NCBI RefSeq assembly: GCF_036321535.1 | Contig: NC_087437.1 | Location: 61,196,001 to 61,260,000 of the forward strand | Length of the DNA stretch: 64,000 bases | DNA from: Camelus dromedarius | Lineage: Eukaryota | Direction of reading: 5' to 3' | Shown: positions 36,471 through 49,799 of the stretch, in pieces | Numbering within the stretch: the first letter of the stretch is position 1 | Layout of the letters: every line of letters starts with the position of its first letter | The notes under the pieces: generated by a model | The model's database searches: none | The model's input: the letters and a program-made list of their open reading frames with translations, nothing else | What the model was told of the DNA's origin: nothing | Program-made: the position numbers and the translations under genes

Positions 36471-38959
36471 TAATATCCACTTTATTCTCTGCTTCACAAC
36501 ATGGTTGTGAAAATCAGAAGAGGGGACACCAACTTCTGGACACATATACAAGGACTTAACAATTTTTTTCCTTCAGTTCATTCATTTTGTTTCATATTTA
36601 TTAAACTCCTGTGGTTTGCCAGTCATTGTGGTAGGTTCTGGGGTGTGTGCAGAGGAATAGAAGACACTGATGGAGTGGGCCCTGAACCTGCTGATCAGAA
36701 TCACATGTGGGGCTGCAGAAAAGACAAACTCCCAACCCCCACCCAGACCTACAGGTCAGGATCTGCAAAGATGGGGCTTAAGGAGGCAGGGGTAGAGTCT
36801 GTGTTTTTATTGCTTCTCAGGTGAGCCCGATCCCCAGGCTTGGAAACCAACATGCGGGTGAAGGAAGGAGCTGAGGGTGGGCTAGGAGAAGCGGGGACAA
36901 AGCCAGGAGCCACATTGGGAAGACTTAGGCCAAGGTGAGGATGGCAGGGGAAGAAGGTGGGAGAAGCTGCGGCCAGAGAGCATTTTTCTCTTCTCTCTGG
37001 CTAGGTCTGCCCACGTATATATGTTTCCAGACATGCCAGTGATTAAAGGCCTGTACTGGTTTCTTTTAAAAAGAAGTGAAAAGAACCACAAAGGAAATTC
37101 AGTAGTTCTCATCATCTCTTCATGATGGGTGGCTTTCTCCCCTCAGCGAGGCTGTTATAGGATATTTCGCTCACAGATCTGCCTTCCCCTATTTCTTTCG
37201 TCTAGGGGACCACTCTAAAATATTTTCTACTTTTTTTCTTGGTGATCTTGTAAATAAAAGATAAGGTTTGTTTGTTTCTTTAAATATTAGTGATATTTAT
37301 TCTGATGTTTATGAAGCAGTTACTAAGTTTTACTGCCTGGAAGTTCAAACTTATGGCCATTAAGAAATGAATAGTAAAAAAAAAAAAAAATGAATGCCTC
37401 CAACCTTGATGGTTTTCATATACCTTTCTTTAAACTGTAGAAGGGTCTTTTAGGAACCATAATCTGATGTTCAGCAAATGTACTGCAGTATTTTCTTTTT
37501 CTTCTGTTAAATTTAAAGTTGAAATGAATGTCTGTAATTTTCTAATGTTAACAGTGACTTTGTTTTTCATTTGATAATTACCTGAGTAGCCAGGCATTGT
37601 TGATGGGAGAGGTAGTGAACAAAACAGCTGAAAATTCTGGTAGAGTTGCATTCCAGTTGGGGAGGGATAATAAACCAAATTAACCAGTGATTTTTATACA
37701 TTTTTGCTTATTTTTTTCCTTAAAATTTCTGCAATAAGAATAAATGACTTGGATAATAAAAATGAAAAGAAAATAAAGATAAATACGATCCAAGATAAAT
37801 ACTATCTAATCTCTGGAGGTCGGGGTTAGGGGGCACGACCTGACAGTGTGAGTTGAATGGAGGGACAAGCACACGTGATTCCAGGGAGCAGTATCCCCAG
37901 GGGAAGAGCTTCAGGCCTCATCCAGCCTCAGAGGAAACAAAACCTTCCCCAAACCTGGAAGGTATTGAAACCCAGGCAACTAACTCTAATCAGCTTAGTG
38001 TTCATTCAATATACTCAAGTCTTAGCCTGCCAGGTGCAGGGATAATTGGCTTAGTATGCAGAATTGATTTCAGGACCACAGAATCTGGGAGTGGCAGCAC
38101 TCCATCCCAGGACTCCAAGCAAGTGCCAGCCTTTCTAGGCACCAGGGTATCTGACCCTCAAGGGGACAGATGGGTGGCAGAGCCTCCTCCCTGGAGACCT
38201 CTTTCCTGTCAATGCCACTCATGGGGTTCTTCCACACACAAAATTAAGTTTTCTGCCACTATTATTGAAAATGTAATATTGTCATTACTTTCTTCTCATT
38301 ATAGAATCTTTAAAAGATATAAAAATGCATATGCTTGGAATAGATCTGAATTATAAGGAAGAAACATCACTGGTAAACCCATGTCCTGGAATATAACCAC
38401 TCATTTTTTTCAGATTTCCTTCACTTGGATTCATATGTATAGGAACAATTGGCATCACCCTGTGTCCCCCTGTGGGGTTCTCAGCTCATCATTTACCATC
38501 AAGCATGCAGGCTCCCCAAGACCCTGGGAAAGGGCCTTGCAGCCGCACCCGCGGCCCCAGCTCCCCAGGCAGGGCATGGCCAGTGCCCACGGGCTGCTGA
38601 CTGGAACACCTGCTTGTAGAGATGCAGATACCTCTTCCCCTCGGTGTACACTGTCCTGAAATCCTGCTAAGATTTCCTCAGCTGGGGACTAAACTCTCAT
38701 AGGGAAGGGCACTTGGAGGGGAAAGACATCAAATTAGGATTAAGCCCATGAAAGCCCCTCTTACAGTGTGTTATTGTGTATAAACATAATCAAATCAATG
38801 TTCCTGCACAACGGAACACCAATAATACTGCCACAACCTTTGTTTCACATGACATGCACCTCATCACTTCCGTGGTCCAGCTCTGGCTCTACATAGACCT
38901 CCCAGGATCCCCCTCATGGGCCCAACGAGACCATTCTGATTTTGCTTGCTTGTGCTGCT

Positions 38960-39230
38960 GGTAACTCACACAGAAAAAGCTAGAGGTTCTGACTGGCTAC
39001 CCTCACAAACTTAACCGTTGCTGAGTCTGACTTGGAAGCAGGCTGTTCCCACCTCCTGGCTTGGATGCTGGGCGATTTGCATGGCTCAGTCCGCTTATGG
39101 GGCCCAGGAGAGTCTCCATCTCTGTCCTCCCCACCCGGACTGCTGACCTACAGAAGGCTAAGATGATGCACGTGTGTGGTTTTAAGCTGCTAAATGTGTT
39201 GATTTGTCACAGCGGGAACAGAAAATGAAT
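38960..39230 (+). mobile_element. MaLR LTR 3' fragment (MLT1)
   Basis: CTGACCTACAGAA...TGTGTGGTTTTAAGCTGCTAAAT...TTTGTCACAGC..ACAGAAAATGAATA MLT1-type end. Confidence 0.6.
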
Positions 39231-40959
39231 ATTCTCTCTGAGCCTTGATTTTCTCAACTGTAAAATGGAGACAATGCTTATGAGATCCATCTTGCTGACT
39301 TGCTGTAGTAACGAAACCAAATAACAAGTAGGTAGGTTCTGTGTAGGCTGGAGCGTCAACAGAAGACTCGAAGTTATTCTATAATTGCGTATTCTTCCCT
39401 TTAGGAGTCATAAGCTAATCTCTCAACCCGGAAAGGCAAAGAGAGGAAAGCTCAACTGACTACTTGGAATAGACCAGAATTTCAGATATGTTCGAGTCCT
39501 GGTGAAGGGCTCTGATGTTTGGAGGCTAGTCGGAGGTGTGGCCCCTTCCTCTCTGTGACTGCGGCCAAAGCTGCAGGGAAGGGAGGGGCCCGGGTCAGAG
39601 AAGGTGAGGAGCCTCTCCTGGCCTCCCTTCAGTCTCAGTCTTGAAAAGCCATGCTGCTGGTAGGCACACCTGGGGTGAGGTAAGGCAAGGTGGGTCAGGT
39701 GAGAAGACAGAACACTTCTCCCAGCCCTTCCCTTCTCTTCCTGCTTCTCTTCAGCAAGCCAGGCCTTGCCATGCGTGAAGAGGAAGCAAAGACAGACTCC
39801 AAGGAAATGTGAGTCCCTCCGTGCCTCCCAGGGCACCAAGCTTCCAGCCTCCATGCCTGCTCTCTCTGCAGTTATGAATCTCCTTGAATCCCCCAGGCAC
39901 CTGAGAGATGTCCATTGCCCCCTGGCATCCCCCGTGTCCTAGTTAAGGGGAGGGAAAGGGTGGCGCCTGAGCCACTTGGAGCCTGGAGGGGGCAGTCCCC
40001 AAGCCGAGAGCACAGAGCAGGCGTGTCTGAGGCTCTGTTGCTGAGCCTCCTGCCAAGGAAAGAAGAGCCTTAAGATGGAACCCTATCCTTCCAAGGCAGG
40101 TGGTGGGTAGTGAACCCTTGTCCCAGCTCCTGTGAGAAGTTAAGGCCACAGTGACTGAGAGACAAAGTGGTCAGGGACCCCACTGCCTGTTCCCACTACC
40201 TCCTTGGGAGGCAACTCATAAACCCCCTTTCCAGTGCACATATAGCAGCCAAGACAGACAGGCCCTTTGAGGCCATCTAGCCCAAACTCCTTGTCATACA
40301 CTTGGGAAAATAAGGCCCAGAGAGAGGGATCCTTCCATCACACAGGCAGTTGCTATGAAGTCAGTGATGAGGCCTTAGACCTTTTCCATCTCCGAAGTTT
40401 ACACACTATGCATCCAACAATCTTCACCAAAAAGCAAGGTCAAGTCCCAAATGCCCTCCACCTCCACCCGTCACCGGCCTTTCCCCTTTACATTAGCTTG
40501 CAGTATTTAGATTCTAGACAGAGATCAGGCCATCCTGTTTACTCAGCCAGAGGGGCTTATCACAGAGGTAACCAAGATTTTCCCAGGATTAAATAAAAAC
40601 AGCCACACTTCCAGATATTCATTCATTTATTTATTATTTATACCACACCAACTTCTAAAACATATTTGAGGTGGCTCACAATAAAAGGCACACATACTAT
40701 GCAACTATTCAAAAGTGAATAAATGTTCAGACAGTCAAACCTTTCAAGATTTTCAGACTGTGAGACTGATTTTGCTTTTTAAGGACAAAAGAGGTCTTTG
40801 ACCTGAGGTACTTGAGAGGGCCAGGCCTTGAATGTGAACATTTAAAGGTGCCTGATTAGTTTGAGTAGTTAAAACTGGAGCATCAGATAGAGTACAGGGA
40901 CAAGGGGTAGGAAAGGACCGGCATCAGCAGGCCAAGAGCAAGTGTAGGAGTAAAAGGCC

Positions 40960-41242
40960 CATTTTTTCCTACCCTCTTTCTTCCTTCTTGGATGCTGAGG
41001 TATGATGATGTGATATTTGGAGCCACAGCCACTATCTTGTGGCCATGAGGTAAAACACACCCAACAAACTGAGGATGACAGAAGAGAAGGGGCCTAGGTC
41101 CTTGATGACAGAGGTGAGCTGCTGATCCAAACCTGAAGAGCCCACCATCAACTGTCTGAGAGATAATGAAATGTTTCTATTGCTTAAGCCACTATTAGTC
41201 AGCTGTTCTGTTACTTGCAGCTGAATGCATTCAAATGGATAA
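40960..41242 (+). mobile_element. MLT1J-like LTR fragment
   Basis: GATGTGATATTTGGAGC...CTGAGGATGACAGA...GGTCCTTGATGAC...TTAAGCCACT...TTCTGTTACTTGCAGCTGAATGCATTC. Confidence 0.72.
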
Positions 41243-41259
41243 AATGAAAGCTCATTGCC

Positions 41260-41600
41260 ATCAGCATGGGATACAGTGGGAGCACAAAGGATGGATGACT
41301 TGTTTTACCCAGGTGGATCATAAAAGGCTTCTCAGAAAACACCCTTGAGGAGGGTCTTGAAGGATGAGTAGGAGTTTGCTAGGCAGGCAGGGAAAGGAAG
41401 GTCATGCCAGGCAGTAGGACAGCACGTGAAAAGGCATGGATGCAAGGAGGAGGATGCAGGTTCGAGGGCCCACTCACACGTGGCTGAGAGATGAGAGGGC
41501 ATCTGGAGGAACGTGGAGCTAGGATAGGATGTTTGGACTTGGCTGAGTGGGCAGTAGGGAGCCAGTGAGAGAATTTATGCAAGGGGCTAGAAGTAGGAGC
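41260..41600 (-). mobile_element. L2 relic
   Basis: AAGGCTTCTCAGA...GGGTCTTGAAGGATGAGTAGGAGTTTGCTAGGCAG...GCAGTAGGGAGCCA. Confidence 0.7.
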
Positions 41601-42769
41601 TGGAGGAATTCAAGCACGTTACAAAATATCCACGTGGTTGGGCTCCATGAGGAAGGGTGAGTGTTGAAGACAGTCAAAGGGACTAGACCCCTGAAAGAGA
41701 GCCAGAGTCAGCATCAAGCTTTTTTGCCAAAGAATTTCTCATCTTTGTTTCAAACCTTCTCTAGGGGCTCTTTGTTTTGCAGGAACCAATCACCCTGATG
41801 TTGGAAACAGTCAATCCACAGAAAATCAGCAGCTGTTGGAGAAAGCCTGATAAAGATCAGGAACCCTCAAAAAGAACTTGGCGTGTGCTAGCTCTTCAGA
41901 GCATCTGGCCAGACCCTTCACGGCACAGATGAGGACAAAGAGTCCTGAGCAGGGATGTGGGCAGAGCAGGACTGCACTGTGGCAAGCCTGGTTCTTGGAC
42001 TAGCACCAGCCCCACCACCCCTCATCTCCTCCCCTAGCTACACATGGCCACAGATCAAAGAGAACAAACGAGAAAACCCTGGGCCCAACAGGATGACACA
42101 GCCGACAAAGACAAGGCAGATCAACAACGTTTGAAGCATATTAATAGGGCCCATTCCCCCAGAGTGAGGAAGTTAGAGATAAAATTCCTTCAGCTCATAC
42201 TGATTACTTTTAATCCTCTTTTAGAATTCCTAAGAAACTAAACTTTTATTTAAAAAAAATACAAACAAGCTTTGAATTTGTTTGAAGATAAAAAGTATTT
42301 TAGGGGCCAAGGCTGGTGAGGGGAAGGCTTACAGGTATTTTGAAACAAACTTTGGAGAGCTCATGACAGTTTGGAAGGATTTTGCTAGCAGACCGCAGAC
42401 GGGTCTGTCACTGCCCAGCTCAGACAACACACGACAGCCAGAGTGTTCGACAGGCTTCTTGTTGCATTGTCCTAACGTGCAGAGCTACCCAGCCGGTCTG
42501 GGTTCAAAGCCCCATTTCATCACTTACCAGCTGTAGGCAAGTTGCCTCACTTCTCTTGCTTTGGTTTCCTTGTCTGTAACTAGTCACCAGCTGACAGAGC
42601 TGTTGTGAAGACTGAGTTAGCATAAGGCCTAAGCGTGGGGTTGCACTTGCTTGGTGTCAGCTATCATCATGAGTTCCAAAATCTCAGTGGGGAGAAAGAG
42701 CCCAGTGGCAGCCAGCCTGACTGGGCCTCCTCAGTCGCTGACCACTCGCCTGCGAGCAGGTGGGATAAG

Positions 42770-42918
42770 CCTTTGCTCTTAAGGATGGTCCCTGGACCAG
42801 TGGGAACCGTCATCTGAGAGGTGGTTAGGAAGGCTGAATCTGAGGCCCCACCCCAAGCCTACTGAGGCAGAATCTTCATTTCAGCAAGATCCCCAGAGGA
42901 TTCAGGTGAGCACTGGGA
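42770..42918. mobile_element. MER5-like hAT-Charlie fragment
   Basis: GGCCCCACCCCAAGCCTACTGA..CAGAATCT.CATTTCAGCAAGATCCCCAG..GATTC. Confidence 0.6.
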
Positions 42919-43687
42919 TAGTGCACTGACATGAGCACTAAAGGCATCTCCAAGTGGGGGCGCCTCGGCCCCTTTGCAGCCAGACCCCCACTGGCTCTCC
43001 TGGTCCTGAGACCAGGGCTTCTGGAGCTGCTGTGTTGTCTCCTTCCCGCCCTCTGAGATGCCTGGCCCCAGGGCCTGTTCACCCTGCCTGCTGCTTTCTG
43101 CAAGTCTCAATGTCACTTCCATTTCGTCTTCTCTGGTTTGGGCCCAACAGGTGGGAGGACGTGGGAGACCCTGCAACTGGGAGTTGGTGGTGCCCCTTCT
43201 GTGGAGGCTCCAGCTTCGCTCTAGGGTGACCGTGTACAAATTCCTGGGGCACGCAGAGCTTGAGGCAACTTTCCCGATAGCCATCCGACAGCCTGCCCAC
43301 CCTGCCACTGAGACAGTCATGGGGCTGGCTGTGGGGATGACTCATTCTGAGAAGCTGGAGTCCACTAAAAATCATCAGCAGAGCAGAGAAGGAACTATTC
43401 GTCCATTAATTCTGTCCAGTAACATTTTTTATACTGTACTTAATTGGCTCAAGAGGTTCCACCTGCTTTATAAGTCAGGAAAGCCTTGGTGTTGCCGCTA
43501 AATATTTGAGTGACCTCAAGCAAGTCACTTTCCATGGCTGGGCTCACATGGGATTAGATGTACAATGAGGGAAGTTCTCTAAGATTCCTTTTCAGGAGTA
43601 AGAGTAAATATGCCTGAATCCGTAAATGGAGGCCAAGTTAAGAAGGCCTTGAAAGGCCAACTTGTGACATTCAGACTTGAGGCTCTA

Positions 43688-44012
43688 GCCTGCACTATCT
43701 GATACAGTAACCACTAGCCACGTGTGGCTCTGAACACCTGAAATGTAGCTACTCTGGATTGAGATATGCTGCAAGTATAAAATACACACCAGATTTTGAG
43801 GCTTCATGTGACAAAAAAAAAAAGAAATTAAAATAGCTCATTGATATTATGTTGATTACATGCTGAAATAATATTTTGGATATGTTGGGTGAAATAACAT
43901 TTCATTAAAGCTGATTTCACCTGTTTCTTTTACAAAATCTTTTTAATATGGCTATACAAGATTTTGAGTTATATATATGTGAATTGCATCGTACCTCTAC
44001 TGAACAACACTT
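43688..44012. mobile_element. MER33-like hAT-Charlie element
   Basis: GTAACCACTAGCCACGTGTGGCT...GAAATGTAGCTA...TGAGATATGCTGCAAGTATAAAATACACACCAGATTT...ATTTCACCTGTTTCTTTT, about 325 bp. Confidence 0.82.
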
Positions 44013-45914
44013 CTCAAAGTGAGGAGGGAAGCAACTACAGATTTAGTTTATCTTTGAATGGTGCCCTGTGGGAATCACTTCCAAATTTACCCATCAAGGA
44101 AAGAAACCACTGAGAACAATTTGAGGGATAATTCTCTAGATATTGTAATGGAGTTCCAGATTTTGCCTGGATTTCTGTGAAGTGTCAGAGTTTGAATGTA
44201 TAAACTATTGTTCTGTTTTGAGGGCACAAATTGGTGCTTGCATTAAAGCCAGTTGGCTGAGAACCAGGGATAGGTGTCTGGAGTGTGAGGATAATTCTTC
44301 AGGACCTGTTTTAAAGACCTGGCTGAGAGATAAAGATCTAAAAAAAAAAACAACACAGGCGCATTAATGCTGGGAATGGTATTGCAATATATTTTCCTGA
44401 TACAGCAAATTCTTCCCATGGCATCAGAGGCAATGCTGTGTGGTTTAGATAAAAACTGGAAGAGTGGCAAAATGAGAGTAGAGGCTCCTAGGAAGGAAGT
44501 TACCAACCCGTGCCTCTGTGGATCAACTTCCTCTCCAGAAATTCCCTGGGGAAGCCCCACCGTTGTTTGCCATCACCTGCCATGTGGATTTGGAAAAACT
44601 GGAGTGTTCCCTTCTTGATCTCCTGGTTGGCTCCCTGTCAGCAACCACCCTGGGAGACCTCCCTGGCACGTGTCTGACCCTTGGTCTGTCTAGAGCCTCC
44701 CTGGGCTGGGAGCCAAGGTAGCAGTTGGAGTGGGGGTTGCAAGGGTCAGAGAGGGAAAGCATTTGCTTGAGCTTCAGCTCTGGGCCTCCCTTGGCCCCAG
44801 CTGAAGCCCTGTGCCGAGCTACAGCCCAGCAGATCCAGAGTGGCCCCCACTCCCAGGTTCTGATGATCCTACCCAATTCTCCGGACTCTAAACTATGAGA
44901 ATGGGATAATGTGGGTAAAGCTGCCATCCCCGCTGGGGGCCATGGGGCACTAGGACTGTGTGGCCTGTGCCCACTGGGCCAGAGTTACTTGGGCCACTTA
45001 CAATGATCCCATTTCCCCACTCTGTTTTGGAGAGGAACCAAATTTCCTTGACCTAAGCTCTCATTACACAAACAACTCCTCAAAAGCCTGAGAATGAGAG
45101 GGATATGGTGACTATCTTTTTGGAATAAAAAGTTCGGACACAGGAATCAGATAGGAAGGGGCTTATTTATGGTGTGAACGGGGCTGTCTCTGCTCATTCC
45201 ATGGAGTTCATTTGTTCCAGCCTCCACAGGGTACCACTCTCTATCCACCCCCAGCCACTGAACTCTGAGCTTTTTGTTAAAGGCTCCAGAGGAGAGGACT
45301 CCTGGCTCCACATCCCAGCAGGGAAGGGGCATGTCTAATTCTGGTCCTTCCATGGAGAAGTGCCCCCCGGAGCCCTGGACTTTCTCAGCAGGCCTGGCCC
45401 CGATTGTCTTGACCATAAGGATTGAAGCCAGCCTCATTCATCTTCTTCTCCTCCTCCTCCTCCTTCTTTTCTTTTGCTTTTAATTTTCGTACTTTTTTCC
45501 TACTTGACATTTCTAAATGTGATTATCAACAAGACAGACAATTTACAAATGGGCCCGTAATTTGGAGGAATTTCTCTCCAAAGCTAAGCCTGTTTGGAGT
45601 AAGAGTTCTCAGTTTCAGTGCTGGTGAGTCAGGGCCTAGTGAGTTTTGGAAGTCGGTTTCTCCTATTTAAAAATGTAAGGTGGTTATTCACCCTTAAGGA
45701 GTATTTTTGCTGACCAGAGAGCCTCACAGCCTGGAGACGTTTGATCCTGGAACGGGTCTTAATTGGGATGGTTTCTCCTCCCAGGTGTCCAGCCCCAAAT
45801 CAAGCCACACCCCCCACCTCCAGGCAGTGGGGCCGGTGGCTCTCTACAGGGACTCATGTGGGAAGTGTTGTAAAAGGCTCCTGCCTCGGAGCCAGTGAAT
45901 GGAAAGAACAGGAG

Positions 45915-46060
45915 CAATGACCCGGGACCTTACGTCACTGGCCACGCAGGCGGCCGCCTGGTGGGCGGGTTCTACGCGGTCAGTACCTGCTTGCCCCTTC
46001 CCTCCATGGCCAAGGCTGGTTAACTCCAGCCACGCGTTCTGGAAACAGTCCCGCTTTAGA
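45915..46060. promoter_or_regulatory. Small CpG-retaining cluster with CRE, CTCF-like and GC-box motifs
   Basis: TTACGTCA (45930-45937), minus-strand CCACCAGGCGGC within 45949-45967, and GGGCGG (45963-45968). Local CpG excess in a CpG-depleted background. Confidence 0.45.
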
Positions 46061-46614
46061 TTAGGAGGATTTCGGTAGCTGTATTTGATTCCGATCCTGC
46101 TCTGACACTATTACTTATTTATAGTTGTAATCATTAACATTTTGTTGCACCCTTGCCATGTATCAGATGTTTGTTTACACATACTTGCCTCGCTCTGAGA
46201 GCCCTAGGAGGAAAGAACTATTATTACAGTCACTTAGAATGTGACAAAACTGATGTTGAAGAGATTCAGCCACTTAGTCACAGAGCCAAGTTCACTCCAG
46301 CTCTGAATCTACAGAGCTGAACCTTGTCATTCTTGATTTTCTTTTTACTGTAAAATATATTCTCAAAATAGTATATATAACATATATAAACGGTTTAACA
46401 AATTATATATTTTATATACAAATAATTTATTGGTTATGTATGTTAGAAATGTTTGTAGCTTGCTTTTTGCTTTCTTTATAGGATATTTTAATAAAAACAG
46501 ATTCCTAATGGAATAGAATTAATGTTTTGTTTTATGGTTTATACTTTTTACAAATTATTTTAAAAATCATTTCCTATTCTAAAGTCATAAAGATGGTTTT
46601 CTATATTTTTTCTT

Positions 46615-47745
46615 TTTTTATTGAGGTATAGTTCATGTACAATATAATCCAAATTATAGGTGTATAATATAGTGGTCCACAATTTTTAAAGGTTATACTC
46701 CATTTATACTTCTTATAAAATACTGGCTGTATTCCTTGTGTTATACAATATATCCTTGTAGCTTATTTTATACTTAATAGTTTGTACCTTTTAATCCCCC
46801 ACCCCATACTGATCCTCCCCCCTTCCTTCTCCTCACAGGTAACCACAAGTTTGTTCTCTATATCTGTGAGTCTGCTTCTTTTTTGTTATAGTCGCTAGTT
46901 TGTTGTATTTTTTTGATTCCACCAAAAAGTGATATCCTACAGCCTTTGTCTTCTCTATCTGACTTATTTCACTTAGAATAATGCCCACCAAGTCCATCCA
47001 TGTTGCTGCAAATTGCAGAATTTCATCCCTTTTTATGACTGAGTACTATTCCATTGTGTGTATGTATGTGTATATATATCTATTACATCTCCTTTATCCA
47101 TTCTTCTGTTGATGGACACTTAGGTTTCTTCCATATCTTGACAGTTGTAAATAATGCTGCTATGGAGTGCATTTATCTTTTTGAATAAGTGTTTTAATTT
47201 TTTTTTTCAGATATATACCCAGGAGTGGAATTGCTGGGTCATAGGATAGTTCAATTTTTAGTTTTTTGAGAAACCTCCATACTATTTTCTGCAGTGGCTG
47301 CACCAATTTACATTCCCAACAACAGTGCACAAGGGTTCCCTTTTCTCCACATCCTCGCCAGCATTTGTTCTTTGTGTTCTTTTTGATGATGGCCATTCTG
47401 ACAGTTGTGAGGTGATATCTCATTGTGGTTTTGATTTGCATTTCCCTGATGATTAGCGATGTTGAGCATCTTTTCATGTGCCTCTTGGCCATCTGCATTT
47501 CCTTTTTGGAAAAATGTCTATTCAGTTTTTCTGCCTATGTTTTAATTGGGTTGTTGGGTATTAACCCCTTATCACTCATATCATTTGCAAATATTTTCTC
47601 TTATTCAGTAGGTTGTCTTTTTGTTTGGTTGATGGTCTCTTTTGCTGTGCAAAACTTTTATGTTTAATTAGGTCCCATTTGTTAATTTTTATTTTTATTT
47701 CCTTTGCTTTAGGAGATGGATCAAAAAATATTGATATGATTTTCT
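46615..47745 (-). mobile_element. 5'-truncated L1 (ORF2 C-terminus and 3'UTR) nested in an older L1M
   Basis: ORF 47160-47498 [62 protein letters not shown]. Older L1M sequence flanks it at about 46340-46610 and 47745-47830. Confidence 0.92.
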
Positions 47746-48300
47746 GTATTGTTTTTTAGTTTGGTCTTTCACATTTATGTCTATAAACCACCCAGAATTT
47801 TTTAAAGCATGCTGTAAGGGAGAGTTCTTGTTCTTTCCATTATCTTAATTGAAGACAATGTGTTTACTTTCTAAATTTACACAGGAATTACAAGGCTTCT
47901 TTCAATTTGATTTTATAAGATTTTTATCTAGTATCTACTGTGGGCCTCTCTAGAAGTTGGTTTTGTATAGAAACAAAAAAGGAAATTATGGATTGCCAAA
48001 GTTTGGATCATTAATTAGGAATTTACTGTTAAGGAGAACATCACGTATTTTCAAGCTTCCTGATTCATTGTTTTCACATATAGAAGTTTATAGGGGTTCC
48101 AGGGGTTGTAGGGGATTTCCAGACTCACTTCTTTTGGAATGTGTCTGGTAAACACTGTATGTCATGGTGAACCTATGGTTTTGTTCACATTCTATTTTGT
48201 TACTTATCTTTCTCCACAGAGATATGCTGTGGTCCAGAAATTTTTCTTAAGATCTTATAATTGTCCTCTACTTTTTCACAAGTAAGAGAAATGTTTACAA

Positions 48301-48380
48301 TCAAGTTTATATATATATGTTATATATTATATATATATATACCTGTATATATGACATACTATATTATGTATCTAATATAT
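48301..48380. repeat. (TA)n low-complexity tract
   Basis: Interrupted TA repeats visible directly. Confidence 0.8.
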
Positions 48381-49633
48381 GCATAAAAGGGAAGAAAACA
48401 TCTTAAATACTACAGAAGTTTATAAAATGAAAAATTTCTCCCTGGCCCACTCCCTAGAGTTAATCACTATCAATAGTATCATATGTGTCCTTTCAGAAAT
48501 TGTTTTTAACATATATAAGGAAAAATATTTATATCTCCTCTTTTATAACACAAATGGAATCACATTGAATATGCTACTCTGCAGCTTATTTTCTGTTTTA
48601 GCTTACTTTCTTTTATTATGATATAATTTATATGTGATAAAATTCACTGTTCTTAATTATTCAGTGAAAGGGTTTTGACTATTGTATACATCTATGTAAC
48701 CACTTCCCAAAAGGAGATACATAACATTTCCATCCCCCAGAGGTTTCCTCATGCCCCTTTCCAGTCAGTTCCCACTGCCCCCACTTCCTGCCCTCTCAAA
48801 GACAACCACGTTGCAGCTTACTTTTTCGACTGCATCTATCTTGGATGTGATTTGCTATCAGTGCACTGAGCCCTACCTCATTCTTTTAAATAGTTATATA
48901 GTATGCATGATATGGTTATATCAGAGTTCCTTATAGATACACATTAATAAAATTACAAACAATATAAATGTAATGGATTAAATTCCAAGTGCCAACAAGG
49001 CAGTCTCTCAGCATGAAGGCCCTGGGTCTTCTGCTTCAGCCTAGACCTTTGGTCTCATCCTTCCTCGGGTTGTGTTTGGCAAACCTTGGTCTACCTAGTT
49101 AAATTCCAAGTCCCCCTTTGTCTGTGTAAGGTGATGCAACTATTGAAAGATCATAAGAAGAAAAAGTAGACACTGTTAATCTTAGTATCTAGTTAATACA
49201 ATGTGTCTGAAATCTTGTACCAGCAACTACTCCTCTTCAAAGAGAGACTCACTGGGCTTTGGTTTGTGCATCTGTACTTTATGGGGCGGGATGAGATGAT
49301 CACTAAGGATCTCTCTTCCAAGTTCTGCTGCTCAAGAGACCTAAGTGGGCAAATAAATATTATGGCCATAAATTTAAAAAAAATTTTTTTTTAAATAACC
49401 AACCAATAGGAACTGAAGTAGAGGCAACGTCAACCAATAAATCCTTGAAAAAGAAAGGCTATTTTGATATTTAATAAAGTATATAGTGCAGAGGAATGGC
49501 TAATGTGATATCCAACTTAAGTAGTAAGCACATTCTAGAGCATATACAAAAAAGTGAACAAATATGTGATTCTGGTGTGAGTAAAAGCAAACCATAAAAT
49601 TAAGTTATCTCAAAATAAAGCCAGTGTGATCTT

Positions 49634-49799
49634 TTCATTATTTATTTATTTATTTACTTGCTTACTTTTTAACTTATTTATTTAGTTTGAGGGGACATAA
49701 TTAGGTTTATTTATTTATTTTAATGGAAGTACTGGGAATTGAACCTAGGACTTCATGCATGCGAAGCATGCACTCTAGCACTGAGCTATACCCTCCCCT
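49634..49799 (-). mobile_element. tRNA-Ala-derived SINE (vic-1-like)
   Basis: Full head GGGGAGGGTATAGCTCAGTG on the minus strand. TSD CAGTGTG(A/G)TCTT at 49622 and 49800. Confidence 0.92.
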
